Assembly (NCBI GenBank): GCA_021613535.1
Contig: CP075492.1
Coordinates: forward strand, 9,796,001 to 9,860,000
Reading direction: 5' to 3'
Origin: Adineta vaga
Taxonomy: Eukaryota > Animalia > Rotifera
Length of the DNA stretch: 64,000 bases
A model generated the notes under the pieces. It worked only from the letters and a program-made list of their open reading frames with translations, made no database searches and had not been told where the DNA came from. Below, piece by piece: positions 25,665 through 44,383 of the stretch (within the stretch, counting starts at the first letter, position 1; the number at the start of each line of letters is the position of its first letter). A program made the position numbers and the translations under genes.

Positions 25665-28600
25665 ATGAGTTTAGAATTGAATTCAACTAATCCGGATGAT
25701 GAACAAGAGGAATCGAAGAGTAGTACAGTTATTTTATTCTTATCATTTTCTATCTTAGCAGCATGTGTATGTAAGGTGATATTTTCGAAATGTTTGAAGA
25801 ATAAATTTCCGATCCCATTTACGGTTGCTGTTCTTCTACTTGGATTAATCATTGGGATTATTGTTAATCAAATAGACGAAGCAGATAATGATTTTCTATT
25901 AGGTGTAATACAATTAAGTGAATTAAATCCTCATTTACTATATTATATTTTTCTACCATTATTAATTTTTGATTCATCCTTTAATGGACATTTTCATCTT
26001 ATCAAACAACAATTATATTCCGCAATTCTTCTTGCTGGTCCTGGAGTTTTCATTTCAACTGCAAGTATTGCATTGTGTGTAGTTTATATCTATCCTTATC
26101 AATGGTCATGGTTAGTCGGTTTGCTCTTTGGTGGCATTATGAGTGCAACTGATACAGTCGCTGTTCTCGCTTTATTACATGATGCTGGTGCTAGTAAATC
26201 ATTGTCTTCATTAATTGATTCCGAATCACTATTGAATGATGGATCAGCATTTGTCATTTTTCTTACCTTTTATAATATTGTTACGGGAAGAAATACTAGT
26301 GCAAAAGCGATCGTCATAGACATTGTCAAGTATAGCATTGGTAAGAAAATGATTCTTTCACTAGAATATGTTGAGAAATTTCTATAAGTCAAAATTATAT
26401 TTCAGGTGGACCATTATTTGGTTTAGCTTGTGGTATAGTTAGTGTAATTATTTTAAATCGAATTTATAATGAACTTGAAGTTCAAATTACATGTACATTC
26501 GGTCTTGCTTATATGGTCTTCTATTTGGCTGACGTTGAACTAGATGTTTCAGCTGTTCTTGCTATTGTTACAATGGGTTTATATATGTGTAAATACAAAT
26601 ATTGTATTAGTAGTCATGTTCAGTCAGCAATGGCAAGTGCTTGGCGTCTTACAACTTATTTTATTAATATTCTTATTTTCGCTATTACTGGTCTACTCTT
26701 AGCGAAATCATTTTTCGGTACAAAGAGTACTATTACATTGAAAGATTTCGGTTTTTCAATTGTATTGTATATTATTATTCATATTGGACGAATCATAACA
26801 CTTATTGTTTTATATCCATTTATAAAACGTACTGGAGTTCATATATCGTGGAAAGATGGTATTATTTTAACATGGACTGGTTTACGAGGTAGTATGGCTC
26901 TGATTTTAGTTCTCATTGTTAGTTTGGATACAAAAATTGATTTAGTTACACGTAATCGTTTTCTTTTTCATACATCAATGATTGTCTTACTTACTTTAAT
27001 TATAAATGGAACAAGTAGTAAATATCTGGTGAGATTATTAGGTTTACATCGCGGTAAATATCGAGTATTTAAATCGTAAGATTAATTTTGAATATATATC
27101 GTATAATTATTATTTTAGGTACAAAAGAAAGTGAAATCGTCCTTCTACAAGCTCTTGAACATATGCGTCGACAGACGAGTTGGAAATTATCGCAAATGAA
27201 AAAAGATGAAAAATTTGCTGATGTAGATTGGAATATGTTAAATGAATATTTACCGGAAAAATTATTAGAAGAATTAGATGAAAAAAATAATACAACATTT
27301 CATCGACAACTATCCGTTTTGATTGAACGTCAATCGACAAGTATTGTAAATAAAAATGGTTCGACTGATCATGAATTACAAACCATTCCAGTTATATATC
27401 AAACGAATTCAATTCCAAATACACCATTAATGCAAAGAAAAATTTCTGAAGGTGAAAATTAAATCTTACCTATCTTTGATATTCGAAATAGTGATGAAGA
27501 ACATGATAGAAATATACGAAATGAATTAACTATTCGTTTTCTAACAGCCATGTCAATTGATTATGAAAAACAATGGTATCTCGGTATGATTCGTCGAAAA
27601 ACATTAAATATTCTTATCAAATCAGTTGAACAAGCGAAACAAAAATGTTCATTTCGTCTCCATTGGAAATCAATTGCCAAACATTTTCGATTACCATACT
27701 TTCTTCAGTATTTAATTAAACATCGTAATTTTAGTTTTATGAATAGATTTACCGATCGTTTATTATTTGATCATATCTATCAAACTATTGAATTAACTCT
27801 AAGTAAGTTATCATCAAGAGGAAAATATAAATCGTTCTATGTATATTACATAGGTTTTCATTCTGCTAAAACTCGATTGGATAATATTCGTTTACAATTT
27901 CCGGAATTATCAAATATAAATGAACATATAATGATGGAAGTTTGTGACGAAGTAGAAATGTATCAATTAAATGCTTTGCATACACTACTTGATCTACAAC
28001 GTTCGTATCCATTTTGTTGGACGACTCAAATGACGAGACGATGTGCACAGATGTTATTGAAATACGAATCAGTTGCTATTATTCAATTGTATGAAACTGG
28101 TATGTTAGAAGAAAACGAATATGCTCATATTTTAGAATTAATTGAAAAGAAATTATACATTTTGGAAAATGAAAATATCAAAGTCGTGAAAAATCAAACG
28201 AAAAAGTTGAAAAAATCCTTTGATTTAATACCCTATTTTCAATCCTTATCATCAACTGATAAAATCAAATGGCAATTATATCTCACACGTGGACATCGAT
28301 GGTTTCAACCTGGTACTATCTTAATAGAAAAACATCAACGCGTATCAATAGCCTATCTTGTCGTTCGTGGAATTGTTCAATGTAAGGATGATTCGAAATC
28401 TACCTACTACAATTGTGGAAGTATCATTGGTATTGAACTATTATTCTCGAAAACTACATCATCTCATAGAGTCTATACTGCCCATGATAGTCTTGTCGAA
28501 GTCTATGAAATTGATTCAATCATATTGGATACATTATTATCTGATAAACTTATATCTCGTTCGATTTATAACGAAATTGCACTTCATATAATCATGAATC

Positions 28601-29100
28601 ATTATCAAACATCTTTAAATTTAACTCATTCACAATTACAAATGCTTCTTAATGAAAAAGCAACATTTTATCAAAATCAATCCGTTTTGTTGATTAATTT
28701 TGAAGCTAAGCAAAGATTATGTCTTATATCTGGAACAATGCAAGAATCTTCTAACCAACGAAATAGTATTTCTGATTCCGTGCATTTCATAATAATTGAT
28801 TCGCCAAGAACATATAATTTCGATTCGTCCAGTATTTTATATACATGGACAATTGACGATGAAGTTTATTGTTCAAATACAAAAAAATTTAAGATCAGTT
28901 TTTCTGATGAAGCGACTCTTCTTAAAAATGTCGAACCATTCTATCCACTTTATTCGGGACAGTGTATTGAATTTTCTCCACACCGTCAGTCAATGGCCAT
29001 AGTACGTCCAATAGAAAATACAAGTCATTTACATTTAATACCATCAGAAATCGAAGTTATGAATGAACAACATGTTCCAGCAGAGTTTTCGAAGTTGTAA
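25665..29100 (+). CDS. CPA1 Na+/H+ exchanger, SOS1/SLC9C type, with a cNMP-binding-like C-terminus; carries an in-frame TAA at 27460-27462
   Basis: IFLPLLIFDSS, LLAGPGV, SATDTVAV, ESLLNDGSA, GLRGSMAL, IINGTS; long cytosolic tail with YLVVRGIV...GSIIG. Confidence 0.8.
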
Positions 29101-31193
29101 ATCAATCTATCTTTTTGTTTTGAATAAAAAGTTTTGTTCACATATCTGATTGATTCATGATTATCTTACATAGTAAGAAGAAATGCTAAGCTGTTAGACA
29201 GAGATAGTTTTATTCAAACTTCCTAATCTATAAATAATCTTCTTATCTTACTATATAAATCAGTATAAAAAAAATAGTTTTCTATCGCAGTGTACTCTAA
29301 GCCTATAAAACTTTTTCACATTGATAATCTTCCTCTAATCACATGTATTTCTATCATTTATTTTCAATATATTTCAAGAATCCATAGGGAAATTTACTGA
29401 TAAGTTTACATCATATTTCTATTGTGAACAATCATAAGGCATATATGAATTCTAAATTACATCACAAAGAAAGTTTCTTTGACTCGAGAAAATGTAATAT
29501 AATTGATTAATAAGTTTGATAATGCATTTGATCGATCACATGTAAAATACAGTGATTAAAGAGCAATTATCATTGACATGAATGATTTCAAATATGTTTT
29601 TCTTTTCTCTCTCTCCCAAAATCTCACTCCTGTTCGTATTCCTTCATTTGATATTCTATATATCATCCTTGTTATGCATTCAAAACACATACATCATCGT
29701 ATGACGTCAAAAAGTAATTGTTTTTATTCTTGTAACGACGGAGTTTATAATTTGGCAATACAAAGTATAAAATAAATTGAATTGAAAATGTTATTCGACA
29801 ACATGTAGGTAGCGCCTAATTTCGTAAAAAATCAACAAACAGCTGATTATCAACATGAGCAATTTACGCATTGGTTTTAGCCATTAACCAGTCAGAATCG
29901 ATGAGCGCTGTTGTCGATTGAATCGTTCTTTAGTTCTTTCTATACACATATTAGATTTGACATTCAGCGGAAGAAGTTGATTATGGAAAGAATGTTTATA
30001 ATAGTTATTCATGGATTATTATTCTTGTTTATTTTTTCATTATGATTAAATTAAGTTTTTTTCTCTTATTAAAAATGTATGTTAATTTTTAATTCATTTA
30101 TTTATTTTTTGACAAAATATGCTAGGTTACTATTGTTGCACAAGTAAAAGAAAATAAACAAAGAAGTCATCCTTTTAAGAAGAGAACAAATTCAAGGTTA
30201 AACTTTTTCTTTGAGGAGTTTATTTGAGATTAGTCGCATATTTTTATGTCTGTCTGTTTCTGGAAGGTTAATATATAACTTTCATTCATTTTAATAGTCT
30301 TTTTTTTCAAAAAAAAAAGAGTCCGGTTAGACACATATTAAACGTTTCAAATTTCGGTGTAGTCCGTCACTACTCATAAGAAGAAGAAGAAGAAGAAGAA
30401 GAACGAAACGATTGAACAACGTACACATATACAGAGAATAGACTGACTAAGAAAAAGAATACAATATTCACGAGATTCATCGTTTACTCTCGTCTGACCA
30501 ATACTACTGAGTGTACCGATCTAATCGGCCAAACTATTTGTCGCTCGTTCGTCGTCATCATCATCGATGTCGTCGTTGTCATCGTCGTCTTCTTCTCTCT
30601 TTTTTTTTCTTCATAATTTAATAATGAATTGTCCTTGTTACTCATTCTTATGTTGATAGATTATGGCACATGTTTCTCTCTGCCATTATCAATATTACTT
30701 AGTGAGAAAGAAGAGATAGAAAAATGATGAGCTCTTTTTTTTAATTTTATTTTTCTCATGTTTTTTTTTGTTACCAGTAGAATACATGTAAGTTATTAAG
30801 ATCGTGTTATATACACGAGTCTAGCTTTCTTCTGGATCAAGAAAGAAAGCAACAAACATTCCAGTTATGTTGTGTCAATAGGCAATATCAATCAGTTAGC
30901 AATGTACTAAAAGCATTTTTACATTTATTTAATAATGAACCTTGTAAGATGAAGTTCATCAAGATTGATGGATGAATGATACATATATCGTCCACACATA
31001 GTTACGTAAATTGACTATTGATCGTTAAAGATAGAACGAGAATAATGACCTTTTGTTTGGATTTTACTTCTATTTGATATTCAAATAATTAATAATTTGT
31101 TATCATTGTTGTTATTTTTTTTCTAGATCTTTCTGTATATATGTTGTTCTCTATAAATAATCATTTCAGTCATTATGCACGGTGACATTGAAC

Positions 31194-35389
<4,196 letters not shown>

Positions 35390-35754
35390 TAGTTTGAGCT
35401 TCAATCTCTTTTTCTTTTCTTTTCTTTTTTTTAATTTTGCGCTTTCTCGAAAAACAAAACCAACACTTGTTTTCCTTTACATTTTACATTCAAAGCTATA
35501 TGTATATATCCATGTCAAACCAAATGGAAATGTCATTTCTCTTCTCTTTTCTTTCTCTCTTTGGCTCGTTCTTTTCTCTAGGATTGAATGTTTTCGTTTT
35601 TGTGTTTATAATCGTTTCTTCTTATTAAATCGAATTTCTTTTTTTCTCTTGTTTTTTTTGTGCGTTAGATAAGTTGAAACGAATTCTAATACGTGTGTGA
35701 AGAGAAAAGACAGAGAAAAAATGAATATTAATTCAAAATATAATTTCTTTTTAG

Positions 35755-36198
35755 ATGGTATTAGCAATTATCGTATGTTACGTGCAATTAATTGGCATTA
35801 CTTATATTGTCAGTATCTTAATGGGTGCACCGCTCTTAACTGATATGATAAGAACACTTTTGTTTAGTATTTATATTGTTTGTATTGGTTTTACACCGAT
35901 GATTATTCGTTATCAAGGAAATTTAAAAGACATTTATAATTTTCTATTACAAAATGACTTTTATTTGATAATGTCAAAATCGAAAAACGATTTTGTAATA
36001 AAAAATTTAGTATGGGGAACATTACTAGGTGCATGGTTAGGTGCAATACCGATTCCATTAGATTGGGATCGTTGGTGGCAACGGTGGCCAATAACATGTC
36101 TTTTTTCTTCAACAATTGGAGCAGGATTTTCTGTGATAATTTCATATCTATGGTTATGGATACGAAAAAACGCTAAACATTCAGAAGATATTGAATAG
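35755..36198 (+). CDS. PIGF: PIG-F/GPI11 (GPI ethanolamine-phosphate transferase subunit)
   Basis: LMGAPL and [22 protein letters not shown] signatures. Confidence 0.9.
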   Translation: MVLAIIVCYVQLIGITYIVSILMGAPLLTDMIRTLLFSIYIVCIGFTPMIIRYQGNLKDIYNFLLQNDFYLIMSKSKNDFVIKNLVWGTLLGAWLGAIPIPLDWDRWWQRWPITCLFSSTIGAGFSVIISYLWLWIRKNAKHSEDIE

Positions 36199-36990
36199 AT
36201 GAAGATGTTTTTTTTTCTTCTTTTTTATTCAATGTACAAAATAGTAATTGAAGTAAATATGCTGAAAGCATTCTTTTCTTTTCTTCTTCTTCTTCTTCTT
36301 CTTTCGATGACGATAAAAGTCGTGACAAACCAAGGTCATTGGCTGAGAAAGCAAATTATTTTCTGTAATTGCATTTGGTCTAGGTGCTTATCAAGCAAGA
36401 AAACTTATTAATAATAATCGACAATGTGTGATGATGTAATTGTATGCATTTCTCTTCTCTCGTTTGCACTATATTAAATAAGTAGTAGGATACTTATAAT
36501 TTGTTGAGTAATCAATTTTGAAGGATGAACACACTTCAGATCGATCTATGAATGTTTCAGTAGAATTGTCAAATTTCTCGTTATGAATTGATAGGAAATA
36601 AAAAGGATATGAGTAATAAATATTGATAATTCAATTCAATCAATCAGATTTCCCTGAAGTCTATTTGAACAATCATGAATCATGTATTGATTCGATAAAT
36701 TCAAAGTTAAATTTCATCAAATATACTTTGCATTATAATCGTGACGTTATTTCCAAGAACGAATGAAAAATTCTCTTTTACTATCGACGATGAAACACTC
36801 TTTTTTCTTTTTTTTTTCTTTCTTTTTCTCACTCTTTTCAAGAAGGTAACAGAAGTTTTTCTTCTGACGGTAAAAAAAGAAGCATTAAAATAGACGAACG
36901 GATACCAAGGTTATGGTAGAAAGCAAAAGCTTGCTGAGTTGATCAACAGAGAAGAAGAAAAAAGAAATTTATGTTTTAGATATTTCCAAT

Positions 36991-37485
36991 ATGGCTCAAC
37001 TAACAGCAAACCAGGAACGGGAATTACACGAAGCATTTGATCTTTTTGATTCAGGTAAATTGAAAGTTGAATTTTGAACTAAGAAATAATCTCATTATTC
37101 CTATTTAGATCATTCGGGTAAAATTTCAAGTATAGAGTTGAGAAAAGTACTTCAAGCTTTGAATATCAAAGCTTCCGATACTGAATTAAAACAACTGATG
37201 GATCAGATGGATAGTGATCGTAGTGGAGAAATTGATTTCAATGAATTTAAGAAAGTAATGAGTGCATCATTTTTTAAGAAACCTTCAAAACAAGAACTTC
37301 AAACAGCTTTTAAAAAATTTGATGCCGACAATAGTGGACACATAACAACGCATGAACTGAGTCATATTTTGTCACGTATGGGAAGACATATTAGTCGAAA
37401 TGAAGTAGAAGCGATGATTAAATCATTAGATTCAAGTGGTGATGGAAAAATTTCATTTGAAGAATTCTGTAAACTGTTTGATTAA
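36991..37485 (+). CDS. Calmodulin-like four-EF-hand protein
   Basis: Exon 1 MAQLTANQERELHEAFDLFDS, intron 37055-37108, EF loops DSDHSGKIS, DSDRSGEID, DADNSGHIT, DSSGDGKIS. Confidence 0.9.
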
Positions 37486-37859
37486 AGATTTTACTATTCG
37501 TCGATGATTAACACTTGTGTATCCTTCTATACAAAATGTGTTCCGTTTGTTTTCAACATTGTTTGTTTAACTTGTCAACAAAAAAAAAAAGAAAATATTC
37601 AATAAAATTTTCATCGTCTATTCTGAATTATCGTCTTTTTACTATAATTTTTTAGTTAGATTGAATCACCTAATTGAAACTGAGTACAATGCCATCTGTG
37701 GACATGCATAAAACTGTTCATAAAAATAAGCTAATTCATCGATTGCGTGTGTGCTGCTTTCTATTGATTCTAAATCTAATAAATTCGACGATTTTGAAAT
37801 ATTAGCAGTTGAATATACTAAAATAAAATGTGAATTATTAATTTGTTTTCAGTATATAG

Positions 37860-38330
37860 TTTATCTGGAGTTGTCTTCATTTTGTTCCAAAAGAAGTTAT
37901 TGCCATCACATCTTGGCAAGGTTGTTCAAAAGATTTCTGTTGTAAACATTTTAATGAGCATTGTGACCAACTATGTATGGGTATACAAAACGTACGACTT
38001 CTACTGAAATAAATCGACAATGTTTTACGAATAGCATAATGAATTGAAACAACGGATTAGTGTGATGAAAAAAGAGTTGAAAGATCAACAAGAACACGAA
38101 AATTTCGTTGACACAGATATCAATCAATGGACAGAGCATTTAGAGCAAATCAGAATTGATCTCAATCGTCCATTACACAGTGATAGTAATCCGTATACAT
38201 TGTGCATTCGAAATATTGATTGAAGTTCTATTATCACAGTTCAAGGTATAACCAGCATATCGTGCAAACAACAAGTACTATTCTAATTATGATTTACCTG
38301 AAGAAATACTTGACCTTTCATTGATCTGTA
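37860..38330 (+). pseudogene. Decayed Cys/His-box plus coiled-coil gene fragment
   Basis: GCSKDFCCKHFNEH and HNELKQRISVMKKELKDQQEHENFVDTDINQW pieces interrupted by stops and frameshifts. Confidence 0.4.
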
Positions 38331-39526
38331 AACTTTGCAATCATCAGAGTATCAACTGCAAATTGATGTCTGTTGGTTTATAAAATTTTTCATAATGATC
38401 GATAATCTCAATGGAAAATACGCAATATTCATGCAATTCAATATACAAATCATACAAGCAGTGAGAATGATCATAACACTTGTGGCATTCAGAGTAATTA
38501 TGGGAAGTGTAGTTTGAAATCAACAAATACTCAATTAGCAAACAACTCCCGAAGTATGATTGTTCAAATGATCTATGGAATCCAGGCGAAATTTCGACAT
38601 TTTCCTATAATATAAATCTTTCTTAAGCCTGAACATACTTGGTGAAATAATTACTCATATAAAAAAAGGTGATTCCATCCCGATTTCAAGTCACTCTTAG
38701 AGAATCTTAAATCAGTAAGGCAATGAACGCATATAAAATAAAATATAGTATGCATTGTACATTTTAGTGTTTGTATGAATAAGAATCGAAATGATGAAAT
38801 AGTGATATTTTAAGAAAAGAAGATTGATCATTATTGTATTTGCTTCATGAATGTGCCAATGTAGTTTTTTTTATTAATAATGCAGATGCTGAAGGCAATA
38901 TTTTTACTTCTAGGTTAAACGTTATCAGGTTCTATTTCACACCAAACAAACTTAGCTGATATTTTTCTTGAAACTAATGATATGCTTTCGCTGAAGGTTT
39001 CATCAATCAACAAGTCTTTTTATCATATCGCCTTCTGATGTTGTGCAGCTTTCAAGAATCTCTGAAACTGCAAAGCTTCATTGTATAATTCTGATAAGAA
39101 ATTATTATGCATAGTACATCAACGGGTTAAAAGAATTCGCAATAGAAAGTATAACATTTGATTTTCAAATTGATAAAAAAGCAAATATCAGTACGACAGA
39201 CAGTGCCATCTATAGTGATCAAATGTATGAAATTTTGATCATCACGAAAAACACTTTGTAAATAATTACAATAAAAAATAGAACAATTACTTTCATTCAT
39301 ATATAAAACTAATGATCATCGATCTCCAAGTATTAGCACATCAGAAATAAGGCAAAATGAATCGCCAATGGATGAATTCTGTTCACGTAGACGTGCGTCC
39401 ATATTATTTATTTATGTTTATTTATTTTCCACATTATCACTAGACTTTCTTTTTGTTGTATTTTAAATGCTAAAAATACTATCGTTTTAGATTTATCAAG
39501 AAATATCAAAGTCTATACCATTATTG

Positions 39527-42500
39527 ATGGTAATTGATCTTTTATTATCGATTTTTTTCTACGTATTTCTTCTTTTTAGCAAAAAAATACCGATACAAAT
39601 CGTGGTAGTAATGCTGGATTATCAATGGATAATCAAGAGAAACTACTTGCTGATGCCTTACAAAATGTTCGCCAGCATGCATTTGCAATGAAACGTGTTC
39701 TCGATCAACAATCAGTTATGGAAGGACTTAAACATGCTGCTAATATGCTTGGTGAATTACGTACATCTCTTCTTTCACCCAAAAATTATTATGAATTACG
39801 TATGAAAGATTAAGAACTATCGACATTTATCTTAGTTGTGTCTTTTTTTCAATAGATGTTGTCGTTGTTGAAGAACTTCATCATCTGGAACTTTATTTAA
39901 CCGATGAATTCGAACATGGACGTGGTAGTCATGATCTTTATGAAGTTGTGCAATATGCTGGAAATATTGTTCCAAGATTGTGAGCAATTCTCTAATACCA
40001 ATCATCAGGATTGAGTTAATTACGAATCTTTTCTTTTTTTTTAGATATTTATTAATTACTATCGGTCATGTTTACATTCGAGCAAATGAATTACCACGTC
40101 GTGAAGTACTCCGTGATTTAGTCGAAATGTGTCGTGGTGTTCAACATCCATTACGTGGTTTGTTTCTCCGTAATTATCTTTTACAATGTGCGAAGAGTTT
40201 ATTACCTGATACGGAAGAAGAAGATCAGTAAGATTGGAAAAAAGAAAATTTCAACTAAATCGATTCTTTCTTTTTTCTTTTTTGTTTTGTTTTGTAGAGA
40301 AGAAAATAAAACAGGAACAATTCTTGATTCCTTGGATTTTATTTTATTGAATTTTTCGGAAATGAATAAACTTTGGGTACGAATGCAATACCAAGGTCAT
40401 ACACGGTAGGATATGATGAATAAAAAGAAAAGAATATATCTTGAATTATTGTTTTCTTTCTTTAACAGAGATTTACAACGACGAGAACAAGAACGACGAG
40501 AATTACGTATTCTAGTTGGAACAAATTTAGTACGTTTAAGTGAACTTGAATGTGTGAATGTTGAACGATATAAAACAGTAAGACAAAATAAAGTAATATA
40601 TAATTACTTATCTAAACAATTTCATATTCAGATTGTTCTTCCAAAAATTATGGAACAAGTTGTCAGTTGTCGCGATTCAATCGCCCAAGAATATTTAATG
40701 GAATGTATTATTCAAGTAAGTTCATTACGAATAGATCAAATCAAATCAATATTATTTTCTCATTCTAGGTCTTTCCAGATGAATATCATCTAAATACTCT
40801 AAATGAATTTCTAAAAGGTTGTCGTGAATTAAGTGCTACTGTGAATATTCGCAATATTCTTATATCATTAATTGATCGGTACTATTCAAATCGTGTTTAT
40901 CCTATCATTGTTTTTCTCATATTTGATTATTTTAGTCTGACTGCATATTCAGTACGTGATCAACAAAATATTCCTGAAAGTATTCAATTATTCGATATTT
41001 TTTCAGAACAAATCGCTGAAGTTATTAAAGTAAGTTTTATTGACCATATATCGATGTCTCAATGAAATTTACTATTGTATAGAGTCGCTCAAATATACCA
41101 CCAGAAGATATTGTTGCTTTACAAAGTGCTCTACTTAGTTTATCATTAAAATGTTATCGAGAACAATTCGAATATGGCAATAAAGTACTTGAAAAAACCA
41201 GACAATTATTTGATAATATCGCTTTAGATACACCGTAAGTTAATTATTTAAAATAAAATCCAAACTTTTGTTTTATCATATTTTCTTTTTGTTAGAGTTC
41301 AAACAGGTACATTAGCTGCTAAAGAATTAGTTAAAATGTTAAAAATTCCTATTGATTGTTATGATATACTCGATGTGTTGAAATTAAGTAATTATAAATT
41401 AGTTTTACAATTACTAAGTTATCGTGAACGACATACGGTTTGTATGTACATCATCAATAGTATTCTTGATAAAGAAACAATCATTCCAACTGCTGAACAA
41501 GTAACTCAATTATTTGATTTAATCGGTACATTAGTTGTCGATCAAGCCGACGGAAATTTTGAAGCTTCTCGTCAATCAATAACAAACGAAGATTTTGTTG
41601 AAGAACAAAATCTTGTCGCACGTCTATGTAATAATTTCAAAGCATCGAATGATCCCGATCAACAATATCATATAATTAAGATTTGTCAGGATACATTTAA
41701 AAATGGTGGTTTAGAACGTATGCGTTTTACATATCCACCGATAATTATGCAAGCTTATGCTCTAACATTTCAATATAAAATTGTTCGAGAACAAGTAAAA
41801 TTTATTCGAAAAAAAGACATCCGATGTAACAAAGAATATTTCATTGTGTTTAGGATGAAAAATGGGAAAAGAAATGTCAAAAATTATTTCAACTATGCAA
41901 TCAATTAATAAATGTTTTAACAAAATTAGAAACACCAGATCTTCCATTACGTTTATATTTACAAGGAGCATTAGCAGCAAGTGAAATTCGTTCGGAAAAT
42001 GCTGAAACTATTGCTTATGAATTTTTTTCACAGGTAAAGCATTTTTTCACTTTCTAATCAATAAACATGTCTTTATTTTCACTAGGCATATACATTATAT
42101 GAAGAACAAGCTGGTGATACACGTGCTCAATGTGCTTCATTAACATTATTAATTGGTACATTAGAAAAAGTCAGTTGTTTTGGTGAAGAAAATCATTCAA
42201 CATTACGGCAATCATTAACACAAGCAGCAACACGTTTATTGAAACGACCCGATCAAGTTCGAACATTACTTTTATGTACACATCTTTTCTGGAGTGCACA
42301 ATATGTTAATGAATCGACACAAGCATCAGAACAGGTAGACAAATTGAAAATGAAATAATTCATCTCAATAAATTCTTTAGATTCGTGATGGTGAAAAAGT
42401 TCTTGCATGTTTGAAAAAAGCGACTAAATTAACGACACAAGTGATGGATCAGACGGCACAAGTTCAATTATATAATGAATTATTAAATTCATATATTTAT

Positions 42501-42773
42501 TTCTTTAATCAAAATCATCCCGATGTAAGAAGAATAAATAATTCGAATTCATGTGATTTTATCTTCAATATTTAGATTGATATCGTTGTATTAAATTCTA
42601 TGATTGAAAAACTTCAAAATGAAATGTCAAAACTTAATTCGACAACATCAACAAATAATTCGTCATCAACCGAAAGTGAAGAATTTATTCGAAGTCAAAT
42701 TCAAAAAACATTCGATTATCTTCGACAACAATCAGAATTAGAAAAATTTCAAGGTCTTCAAATAAATAATTAA
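39527..42773 (+). CDS. VPS35: Retromer subunit VPS35 (multi-exon)
   Basis: [69 protein letters not shown]; ATG-only first exon. Confidence 0.95.
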
Positions 42774-43077
42774 ACGCCAACAAAATTTATCACAACAATA
42801 AACAATTTCGAAATCTAGCACGCATTTAGTTTTTTTTCTCTCTTATTGATTTCTTTGTAATTAGCAATAGATTTTTGTGTTCATATATTTCTAGTCATCA
42901 TCTTACGCTATTTAAAAAAAAACAACAGAAAATTCGTTCTATCATTCCTCATAAATGTGTGTGTGTGTATCATTTTCTTTCATCGTCGGTGATTTGTATA
43001 TTGAAGTCTGTTTCATTTTATCAAAAATCCGTTTTTTTTCTTTTTTTTCATATAATGTAATCTGCTATTCGATATGA

Positions 43078-43859
<782 letters not shown>

Positions 43860-44055
43860 ATATGAATAAAAGAAAGGAAACATTTCTTTTTTGATCATTG
43901 CTCGTTACATTTCATTTGTTTTTGTCGAGCATTTGTTGTTCAACTGATATAAAAAAAAATAAATTATATAAGAACATTCTATCAACAAGAAGCAAAATAA
44001 AATCACTAGATTTTGTTTTTTTCTAGTGGCCTAGCAATTCTTCCTAATCAACAGA

Positions 44056-44270
44056 ATGAATGGTTTTCGTTATCAAAAATGGGATCCGTTGTTGATCATC
44101 AGTCAGATTATTTCCATTCAAAGTTTATATTATCTCGGACTTGGTTTCTGGTTTTTATTGATTACACAATTTTTCTGCATTGTTATTATGACAATTCTAT
44201 GTTCCCATGAACATCTTATCGAAAAATAGAATTTTTAAATATTCCCTTGGCATCACGCGTGGATCTTTAA
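44056..44270 (+). CDS. SYS1: SYS1 Golgi trafficking protein; fragmented, with further pieces at 43585-43735, 44461-44510 and 44545-44586
   Basis: [30 protein letters not shown]...APTLDYMF; HVYHFIACWIYNSQFP; IMTILSEHLSKKR; NIPLASRVDL*. Confidence 0.8.
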
Positions 44271-44383
44271 ATATATATTTATAGATATATACATATGTAC
44301 ATCTATTTGTTTAATATTTTATCAGAAAAAAAAAGAAATAATAATAAGATAATTGTTCGAATGTCTTTCTTTTTTCATTCAAG

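Noticed and set aside
37690-39217. CTCF-like motifs TGCCATCTGTGG (37690) and GTGCCATCTATAGTG (39203)
   Set aside because: Short imperfect matches that cannot be supported without a matrix scan or ChIP data
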